Source of the DNA: Candidatus Omnitrophota bacterium
GTDB taxonomy: Bacteria; Omnitrophota; Gorgyraeia; 2-01-FULL-45-10
DNA length: 64,000 nt
Direction of reading: 5' to 3'
NCBI GenBank assembly: GCA_026387175.1
Contig: JAPLME010000012.1
Location: 5,849 to 69,848 of the forward strand
Below the pieces are notes generated by a model that searched no databases, was not told where the DNA came from, and saw only the letters and a program-made list of their open reading frames with translations. Positions 41,789 to 48,828 of the stretch are shown here, piece after piece. The translations under genes were made by a program, and so were the position numbers. Numbering within the stretch: position 1 is the first letter of the stretch; every line of letters starts with the position of its first letter.

Positions 41789-41942
41789 AAATCCTCTTGA
41801 CTAATCCTAATTCCAAGAGTAGCATATTCTTTAACTGGTTATTAGGCAGTTACTTAAGGAGCCGAAGCGACGTTCGACTCCCCTCGTCCCCGCTGGAGTT
41901 TGACATATGTGCAGAACCCATAATTAGATATCCGAGTTTCTC

Positions 41943-41970
41943 AGCTGCCCCTAAAGGCAGCTTTTTTATT
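41943..41970 (+). terminator. Rho-independent terminator-like hairpin
   Basis: agctgcc-cctaaa-ggcagct followed by TTTTTTATTT. Confidence 0.45.
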
Positions 41971-42049
41971 TCATGGAATAGACGGCACAAAAACGGCACA
42001 GTCTTAAGGGAGGGGTTAAGCCTATCCCCTAGTATCTTTAAAGGATAAA

Positions 42050-42670
42050 ATGAAAACAAGAGATTGGTTAGAAAAAAATAAAATCTTTTTTGAAACCGTT
42101 GCTGCCATAGCCCTCTCGCTCATGGCTTTGTTAGTTTCCTGCACGCAATCCGAAATAGCCAGAAATCAATTAGTCCTTTCTGGAAATCCTATAATTTTAA
42201 TCGAGCCTTCAGACACTGTGAAAGGATCCATCGGTGAATTCAAAATATCCGTTAAAAATATCAGTATGGCAGAACTATACGATATTCGTATTTATGAGGA
42301 TTACTTTGTCACTATGGCACAAGAAAATGGTTCAATTAACTTAGTAAGTGTAGGGGCGTTTATAACTAAACCAAATTTGGTTATCCCACAATTAAAACCG
42401 AATAATAGGGAAGATATTACGATTAATTGTAAATTAATAATTAAAAATATGAAGGAGCTTTACCGCGAACACAAAGGGGTAGAAATGCGAATTGCCCGGA
42501 TAAGAATTAAATATTGCAGAAAACTAGATGGGAAAGAATTTATGCAAACCAAAGCATATATTATTGCGGGACAGGGTGATTTTCTTATTGATTACGATGA
42601 GCGTGGCATAAGAACTCCTATGACTCCCAGTTTTGAGGATATCAAAAATATACTCGGGGCTGAAAATTAG
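42050..42670 (+). CDS. Hypothetical protein: N-terminal single TM anchor plus a ~170-aa soluble domain (AT-rich island gene 1)
   Basis: 206-aa ORF with TM segment IFFETVAAIALSLMALLVS; no recognisable catalytic motif; AT-rich codon usage unlike the flanking core genes. Confidence 0.5.
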   Translation: MKTRDWLEKNKIFFETVAAIALSLMALLVSCTQSEIARNQLVLSGNPIILIEPSDTVKGSIGEFKISVKNISMAELYDIRIYEDYFVTMAQENGSINLVSVGAFITKPNLVIPQLKPNNREDITINCKLIIKNMKELYREHKGVEMRIARIRIKYCRKLDGKEFMQTKAYIIAGQGDFLIDYDERGIRTPMTPSFEDIKNILGAEN

Positions 42671-42748
42671 TGCTATCATTAGAAAAGATAGCACAGTATC
42701 TATTAATGAGTCTTATTACTAAGTCGCATAAGAAAGATAGGAGGAACG

Positions 42749-43843
42749 ATGGCAAAGCTCAATGAGGATATAGAGCAATTAAAGGAAGACCTCGAAGCAG
42801 TTACTGCCGTGGATGATGAAACTTCAAACGAAAATGTTCCCATAAAATATGCAATTAGTTCTTATGGGGCAGATTATCCAGTTGATGGATTGGTTAAAAG
42901 ATTGCAGGCCAAAGATGTTATAATTCCCGAATTTCAAAGAGAATATGTATGGACACTTAGACAAGCATCTAGGTTTATAGAATCCCTTCTTTTGGGTCTT
43001 CCCGTTCCCGGCGTTTTTCTTTCAAAAGAACAAGAAACGGGCAAACTCTTAGTCATCGATGGTCAGCAGAGATTAAAAACATTGCAGTTCTTTTTTGAAG
43101 GCGTTTTTCGTGGAAAAGAATTTCGACTTACTGAAGTACAAGATGAATACAAAGGACGATTGTATAAAGAACTCGAAGACATAGATAAGCGACAATTACA
43201 AAACTCTGTTATTCATGCCACGGTATTAAAACAAGACACCCCAAAGGATGACCAGAGCAGTGTATATCACGTTTTCGAACGATTAAATACGGGCGGGTCT
43301 ATTCTTTACCCACAGGAAATAAGAGCTTGTATATATCATGGGCCCTTTAACAACGTTTTATCCGAAATCAATAACAATACGCACTGGCGAAACATTTTTG
43401 GAAAGATAAATAAACGACTAAAAGACGAAGAATTGCTATTGAGATTCTTCGCTTTATATTATGACAAGGCTACGTATACAACGCCTTTCAAATCTTTTCT
43501 TAACACTTTTATGGAAAGTAACAGAAAAATGGAAAGGTATTCTAAGGCTAATCTTGAAAAACTATTTTCTCCGGCAATGGAAGTGGTATATAAATGTATT
43601 GGCGAGAAAGCATTTAGATTAGATAAAGCTATTAATGCCGCTGTTTTTGAATCAGTAATGGTTGGTCTAGCGACTAGACTAGAGAAAGGAGCTATTAATA
43701 ACGCAACGCAAGTTAAATCAGAATACGAAAAATTAATAAAAATTCCAGATTATTTGGCAGCATGCAAAACAGGAACTTCTGATAAGGGAAAAGTCGAAAA
43801 AAGGCTATCTTTAGCCATTGACGCGTTTAGTCGGATTTCATAA
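42749..43843 (+). CDS. DUF262 (ParB-like / GmrSD N-terminal domain) protein, stand-alone
   Basis: IPEFQREYVWT...RFIESLLLGLPVPGVFL...LLVIDGQQRLKTL and FERLNTGG match DUF262 signature motifs. Good RBS AGGAGG 4 nt upstream. Confidence 0.8.
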   Translation: MAKLNEDIEQLKEDLEAVTAVDDETSNENVPIKYAISSYGADYPVDGLVKRLQAKDVIIPEFQREYVWTLRQASRFIESLLLGLPVPGVFLSKEQETGKLLVIDGQQRLKTLQFFFEGVFRGKEFRLTEVQDEYKGRLYKELEDIDKRQLQNSVIHATVLKQDTPKDDQSSVYHVFERLNTGGSILYPQEIRACIYHGPFNNVLSEINNNTHWRNIFGKINKRLKDEELLLRFFALYYDKATYTTPFKSFLNTFMESNRKMERYSKANLEKLFSPAMEVVYKCIGEKAFRLDKAINAAVFESVMVGLATRLEKGAINNATQVKSEYEKLIKIPDYLAACKTGTSDKGKVEKRLSLAIDAFSRIS

Positions 43844-44301
43844 TGCTTAGTCATGTTACTTCGGAAATAGACAAGATAGACGCTCTTTTTAAGTTTGAAA
43901 ACGACATCATTAATGATGAAGTAAGAGCTTATTGGGCCGAATATCTTTGTGTGCGAGTTGCTGGATTAATAGAGGCCGTTCTAAGAATAATACTATTTTA
44001 TTATGCTAAGAATAAATCGCATGAGAACGTTGCGCGTTACGTATCCAAGAAGGTAGAGGGTGTTACAAATCTTAATTCAGAGAAAATTGAAAACTTGTTA
44101 GGAGATTTTAGCGAGGTTTGGCAAGAGCGCTACGTTCAAAATATTACGGATTCTCAAAAAGCAGCAATCGGCAATATTTACATAAATAGAAATAGAGTTG
44201 GTCACGGACGCAATTCCGAATTATCTTATTATAGAGTAAAAGAATATTATAAGGAAATAAAAGGTGCGTTATTAGCTATTTTGAAAATCGTTGAAGCATA
44301 A
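43843..44301 (+). CDS. HEPN-domain protein (Rx4H motif, RiboL-PSP/Swt1-like flavour)
   Basis: 152-aa all-helical ORF with NRNRVGHG (R-x4-H) near the C-terminal third. The start ATG overlaps the DUF262 stop by 1 nt (ATAATG). Confidence 0.55.
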   Translation: MLSHVTSEIDKIDALFKFENDIINDEVRAYWAEYLCVRVAGLIEAVLRIILFYYAKNKSHENVARYVSKKVEGVTNLNSEKIENLLGDFSEVWQERYVQNITDSQKAAIGNIYINRNRVGHGRNSELSYYRVKEYYKEIKGALLAILKIVEA

Positions 44302-44320
44302 AAACTTTTACTTATCCAGA

Positions 44321-44400
44321 AAAATAGGAAAATAGGGGGGGCCGGTCCAGAAAGTACCACTCTATAAGCTAATGGGCTGGCACCAAAAGAGCCGTCCCCG
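44321..44400. repeat. Divergent copy of the GGGGCCATCC-family repeat with an aaaataggaaaatagggg leader
   Basis: aaaataggaaaataggggggGCCGGTCCAGAAAG...GGGCTGGCACCAAAAG. The 18-mer leader recurs at 45488-45505. Confidence 0.4.
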
Positions 44401-44467
44401 TAAATACGTATGAGATCCGATCCTCATAATATTTTTTACAAGTATCAGATTTTCAAGGAGGTTTGTT

Positions 44468-45013
44468 ATGTCGCTTTTAGGAGAAGAGTTAGTAGAAGAA
44501 TGGTTAAATAGAAAAGGCTATTTCACAATCCGCGGTGCAAAAATCGGAAACGGAGAAATAGACTTGCTTGCTGTTAAATATACAAGCAAAGGAATTGACT
44601 GTTGGCATTATGAGGTTCAGGCCTCCCTTCGACCAGTAAGTTATATTTGTTCAGCGCCTCAAGAGCTTCGTAAATTAGGTAAGTCCGCTCACAATGCTAA
44701 GAAACGTCCTATGTCTGAAATCGAGACTGCGGCGAAAGAATGGATTTATAAAAAGTATTTAGATCCAAAGAAAGAAAATATTAGAAGGAGTCTTTGGCCA
44801 ATGAAATGGAGCTTTGGTCTTATTGTGGGGAATGTTAAACACTCAGAAGAATTGGAAATTATTGCTAAAAATAATATCACCATTGTTCGAATTGCGGATA
44901 TTATTAAAAACCTTTCGCCAAAATCTCAAACTAATAGCAAGGATTTTAGAGTTGGAGCAGCAAGTGGTGCTGATTTAATTGATTTGGTTTTTGCTCACTC
45001 CCAACTTGCATAA
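44468..45013 (+). CDS. Hypothetical protein with possible PD-(D/E)xK nuclease-like N-terminal motif
   Basis: EELVEEWLNRKGYFTIRGAKIGNGEIDLLAVKY...WHYEVQAS resembles an E...D...E-x-K/Q restriction-endonuclease-fold core. Weak; strong RBS AAGGAGG. Confidence 0.4.
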   Translation: MSLLGEELVEEWLNRKGYFTIRGAKIGNGEIDLLAVKYTSKGIDCWHYEVQASLRPVSYICSAPQELRKLGKSAHNAKKRPMSEIETAAKEWIYKKYLDPKKENIRRSLWPMKWSFGLIVGNVKHSEELEIIAKNNITIVRIADIIKNLSPKSQTNSKDFRVGAASGADLIDLVFAHSQLA

Positions 45014-45015
45014 GC

Positions 45016-45088
45016 GGGGCCATCCCACAAAGTGCCACCCTGCATGACAAGAGAAGATCCTAGGCTGTCCCCAAAACAGGATGGCACC
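45016..45088. repeat. GGGGCCATCC-family palindromic repeat (MITE/REP-like), copy B
   Basis: ggggccatcccacaaagtgccaccctgcatgacaagagaagatcctaggctgtccccaaaacaggatggcacc. Terminal 10-nt arms are inverted complements. Confidence 0.6.
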
Positions 45089-45115
45089 AAATATTCTTAG
45101 TGAAGGAGAAATGAG

Positions 45116-45469
45116 ATGTTTGAACATAAGCATGAAAAAATAGCGTCGGTTTCAGTCTTCATAAAAAGGCTGGTCGGGTATATCGCAGCCGCTATTCTAT
45201 TGATTTTACTCTCCTTATTTGTTGGAATCGCCGGATATCATTGGCTAGCCGGCTTTAGCTGGATCGATTCGCTCTTAAACGCATCTATGATCTTAGGCGG
45301 TATGGGGCCGGTGAACTTGCTGACCAATCTCGGCGCAAAAGTCTTTGCGTCCCTGTACGCGCTTTTTAGCGGACTTGTATTCATTGCGGTAATGGGAATA
45401 GTTTTCTCTCCGATCATACATAGAATGCTTCATACATTTCATATCGACGACAAAGATTTACATAAATGA
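45116..45469 (+). CDS. Small hypothetical membrane protein (3 predicted TM helices) flanked by repeat copies
   Basis: 117-aa ORF with hydrophobic segments YIAAAILLILLSLFVGIAGY, MILGGMGPVNLL, LYALFSGLVFIAVMGIVF; RBS GGAG. Confidence 0.45.
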   Translation: MFEHKHEKIASVSVFIKRLVGYIAAAILLILLSLFVGIAGYHWLAGFSWIDSLLNASMILGGMGPVNLLTNLGAKVFASLYALFSGLVFIAVMGIVFSPIIHRMLHTFHIDDKDLHK

Positions 45470-45487
45470 TAACCTTGAGATTCGGTC

Positions 45488-45648
45488 AAAATAGGAAAAT
45501 AGGGGACAGCGCCCTATTTCCGAAAGTAATGAGGCCATCTCATAAGGGGACACCCTGCATAATAAGCAAGAACCGGGGCCATCCCACAAAGGGACGCCCT
45601 GCATGATAAGAGAAGCTTCTAGGCTGTCCCCAAATAGGATGGCCCCAA
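45488..45648. repeat. GGGGCCATCC-family repeat, copy C (leader 18-mer, a partial unit and a full unit in tandem)
   Basis: aaaataggaaaataggggacagcgccctattt... gaggccatctcataaggggacaccctgcat... ggggccatcccacaaagggacgccctgcatgataagagaagcttctaggctgtccccaaataggatggcccc (full unit 45575-45646). Confidence 0.6.
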
Positions 45649-45685
45649 AACACCAGAATACAAATCATATGAAAGAAGTGGCGCA

Positions 45686-48600
45686 ATGAAGAATTTGCTT
45701 TCCATGATCATAATTATTTCAGTAATCTCTCTTATCAATCGACCAACCATGGCGGACTCGTGGAACTTTGCCGTATTTGGCGATGACCGTAGTGACAATA
45801 CGACTGGCTCCGCAGTAAATACAACCGCTGTTACTGCTATCGCAACTGATATTACAAACAACAGGAATGCATCCTTTGCTATAGTCCTCGGCGATCTTGT
45901 ACATGGAAAAGAAAATGATACTCCCATTGCCACCCAGTTCAATACCTTCAAAACTGCTGCGACAAGCGGCGGATTTAAGGTAGCAGGCGAAGCCGGCGCT
46001 GGGGTTCCATATTATCCCGTCCGTGGTAATCACGACAACGATGTTGTCGATCCTTTAGGCGTAGCATGGAAGGCGGCATTCCCCACATTGCCTCAAAATG
46101 GACCTACCACAAATACATCCGGAGGCGGCAATAGCGAAGTGGGGATGACGTATAGTTTCACTAATGGCAATTCCCTGTTTTTAAGTTTAGATGAATATGT
46201 GAACACAGACACTTATCCAAATCAAGTCAATCAGACTTGGGTGAATACTCAATTAAGCAGCTCTACTGCCGCTCACGTGTTTGCTTATGGGCATTTGCCT
46301 GCATATTATACGGTTGCCGGGGAATCCCTGTCTATTTATGCGGCTGCAAGAGATGCTTTTCTGACCAGTCTTTATGATAAAAACGGCCAAATCTATTTCG
46401 CAGGGCACCAACATTTTAGTGCTATCGCAAGTGCGAATATAGACGGGAACGCATCAAAGGTGTTCTATCCGATCATTGATGGCGCAGGTGGCGCTCCAGG
46501 AACTCTATGGGACGGCACATACACAGATCCTAATGTAACAGGTCTCTACTACAATAGCACTAGCAGCACTCCTTACTATTACACATATTCAATAGTTACC
46601 GTTGATGACGACCTTGTATGGTTAAGGTTGTATGGGACGACAAGCGTGACGACGCCGACTTGGCTGAACCTATATGCGCTTGTTATCAGTGGAACTCTTA
46701 CAACTGATACTAATACTCTGATAAGCGACGTTGCGAATTATTCAACGATTGATTTTAAGCAAGCTTCTAACGGTACCTATTCGAAAGTAATCATCGGCAC
46801 AGGCAACATAGTAAAAAGTGGCGCTGCTGAACTGACCCTGAGCGGCGCCAATACCTACACAGGAGCCACGACAGTCAACGCCGGAACGCTCAAAGCCGGA
46901 GTGGCAACTCACGCCTTTGGTGTGGGCTCAGCCGTGACGGTTGCGACCGGAGGGACACTGGATTTGAACGGCTATTCCCAGACTATCGGTTCACTCGCAG
47001 GTGGCGGCACAGTCATTAACGGTGATACAATCGATACGATCTTGACGACAGGCGATACTGCCTCGACCACATTTTTCGGGATTATCCAGGACGGTACTCA
47101 CAAATTGGGATTCACCAAGGCTGGAACTGGGACACTTACTCTTACCGGCGCCAACGCCTACACCGGTACTACAACGATCAGCGCTGGTACGCTGCAAATA
47201 GGAAACGCCAGTGCTCTCGGTACAGGAGCCGTTACGAACAATGCTACGTTGGATGTCGGCACGACCAATCTTGCAGTTACCGGCGCCTATAAACAAAACG
47301 CAGGTTCAACTTTAAAACTTACCGCAAATTCTTCCTCCAGTTTTGGCAAGATCACGTCCGGCGTTGCTGCGACGGTAGATGCCGGAAGCACTCTTAACGT
47401 TACGGTCGGAGGCTTTATTCCGAATAACACAACTCTTACAATTATAGATACAGGAGGAAAGGGTATAGGGAGCGTCCCAACTACAATTATTTCAAGTAAT
47501 TCTTTCATGACATTCTCCATCGAGAACTCCGGTAACAACCTTGTTCTTACCGTGAACCGTTCCGGAAGTAACAGCTTCAGCGGTGTCGCAGCCAATTCCA
47601 ATGCGGCTACTGTCGGCGCCGCTCTCGATAATATCACCAGTCCGTCCGCAGACATGCAGAGCGTTCTTACGGCGCTCGGCAATTTATCGCCGAGCCAGGT
47701 CGCATCTTCTTTAAATAGCATGACTCCTACCGTTGACGGCGCGGTGACACAATCGGCTCTATCCATGCTTAGCCAGATAACGGGCTCGACCGTAACGCAT
47801 CTTGAAAATGTAAGCACGGGAGGTGTAACCGGTATCTCAACAGGCGACGATTATTTACATGGTTTAGATATTTGGGCGCAGGGCTTAGGTGATTATGCTC
47901 ATCAGGATCCCCGCGGGTTTAGTAACGGTTATAATGCGACGTCGTGGGGCGTTTCGGGCGGCGCGGATATCCCGCTTAATATAGGCGATGATTTGCTGCG
48001 TATGGGTATAGGTTCCGGTTATGGCCAGACCTTTGTCCGCTCAAAGGATAGTTCCGGAAGGAATGATATCGACAGCATTCCGGGAACATTATATTGTGCT
48101 TATGAAAATAATAAATATCCTCTTTATTTGGATATCACTTTCACTTTTATATATAATCTCTATCAAGCCTCTCGCGCAGTTACGGTCGGCACGTTAACCG
48201 AGCGTACCGCCAATGCCGATTATAACGGCCAGCAGTATTCGGGCTATTTTGAGGGCGGCTACAGCTTTTTCTATAAGAATCTCCGCATGACGCCTCTCGT
48301 TTCATTTCAATACATGCATCTGCATACAGGCAGTTACACCGAAACCGGCGCCGACGCGCTTAACTTAAGTGTCAATAGCCAGGATTATGACATGGCCATG
48401 ACGGGTTTCGGCGCTAAAGCAGCGTATCCATTAGAGTTTAAATACGGGACCATCATGCCGGACCTGCATGCCAAGTGGCTCTATGATTGGGCCGGCGATA
48501 ATCAGGCTGCAACTGCGTCTTTTGCCGGTGGCGGAACAGCATTCGGTACAAACGGTTTTAGGGCTGCGCGATCGGGATATGATATGGGCACAAAGATTAG

Positions 48601-48706
48601 CTTTAAGACAAAATACAATATTTCGCTCGATTTGGATTACGATTTTCTTCTCAAGGCTGATTATTATGAGCATTACGGAAGCGTGACTGTAAGATACGGC
48701 TTCTAA
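45686..48706 (+). CDS. Autotransporter-like outer-membrane protein: signal peptide, calcineurin-like metallophosphoesterase domain, beta-helical passenger repeats and a C-terminal beta-barrel
   Basis: Signal peptide MKNLLSMIIIISVISLINRPTMA. MPP motifs FGDDRSD, GDLVHG, GNHDN, GH...GHQH. Repeats of the GANTYTGATTVNAGTL type. C-terminus ...VTVRYGF (aromatic terminal residue). Confidence 0.7.
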   Translation: MKNLLSMIIIISVISLINRPTMADSWNFAVFGDDRSDNTTGSAVNTTAVTAIATDITNNRNASFAIVLGDLVHGKENDTPIATQFNTFKTAATSGGFKVAGEAGAGVPYYPVRGNHDNDVVDPLGVAWKAAFPTLPQNGPTTNTSGGGNSEVGMTYSFTNGNSLFLSLDEYVNTDTYPNQVNQTWVNTQLSSSTAAHVFAYGHLPAYYTVAGESLSIYAAARDAFLTSLYDKNGQIYFAGHQHFSAIASANIDGNASKVFYPIIDGAGGAPGTLWDGTYTDPNVTGLYYNSTSSTPYYYTYSIVTVDDDLVWLRLYGTTSVTTPTWLNLYALVISGTLTTDTNTLISDVANYSTIDFKQASNGTYSKVIIGTGNIVKSGAAELTLSGANTYTGATTVNAGTLKAGVATHAFGVGSAVTVATGGTLDLNGYSQTIGSLAGGGTVINGDTIDTILTTGDTASTTFFGIIQDGTHKLGFTKAGTGTLTLTGANAYTGTTTISAGTLQIGNASALGTGAVTNNATLDVGTTNLAVTGAYKQNAGSTLKLTANSSSSFGKITSGVAATVDAGSTLNVTVGGFIPNNTTLTIIDTGGKGIGSVPTTIISSNSFMTFSIENSGNNLVLTVNRSGSNSFSGVAANSNAATVGAALDNITSPSADMQSVLTALGNLSPSQVASSLNSMTPTVDGAVTQSALSMLSQITGSTVTHLENVSTGGVTGISTGDDYLHGLDIWAQGLGDYAHQDPRGFSNGYNATSWGVSGGADIPLNIGDDLLRMGIGSGYGQTFVRSKDSSGRNDIDSIPGTLYCAYENNKYPLYLDITFTFIYNLYQASRAVTVGTLTERTANADYNGQQYSGYFEGGYSFFYKNLRMTPLVSFQYMHLHTGSYTETGADALNLSVNSQDYDMAMTGFGAKAAYPLEFKYGTIMPDLHAKWLYDWAGDNQAATASFAGGGTAFGTNGFRAARSGYDMGTKISFKTKYNISLDLDYDFLLKADYYEHYGSVTVRYGF

Positions 48707-48723
48707 ACTCGATACGAATAACC

Positions 48724-48760
48724 GGGGCCATCCCACAAAGGGACACCCTGCATGACTAGA
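48724..48760. repeat. GGGGCCATCC-family repeat, copy D (left half only)
   Basis: ggggccatcccacaaagggacaccctgcatgactaga immediately after the autotransporter stop. Confidence 0.5.
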
Positions 48761-48828
48761 GAATATGCTAAATCAATAACGGAGGTGTAAGATGAAGAAG
48801 TTATATCTATCCGATACTGACCGTAAGA

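Noticed and set aside
41797-42048. 83-aa ORF between the tRNA-Asp elements and the island
   Set aside because: It spans a degenerate tRNA 3'-end copy and a terminator hairpin. It has no RBS and a mixed composition, so it is likely non-coding.
41617-45650. Integrated prophage or ICE with integrase at tRNA-Asp
   Set aside because: No integrase, recombinase, transposase, capsid or conjugation genes are recognisable in the island. Only tRNA 3'-end repeat scars and MITE-like repeats were found, so the region is treated as a decayed or assembled accessory island rather than an intact mobile element.
44300-48770. Possible CRISPR array suggested by recurring GC-rich repeats
   Set aside because: The repeats are ~72-nt palindromic units, irregularly spaced (0.4-3 kb apart) with genes between them. 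There is no short direct repeat/spacer periodicity and no cas genes.
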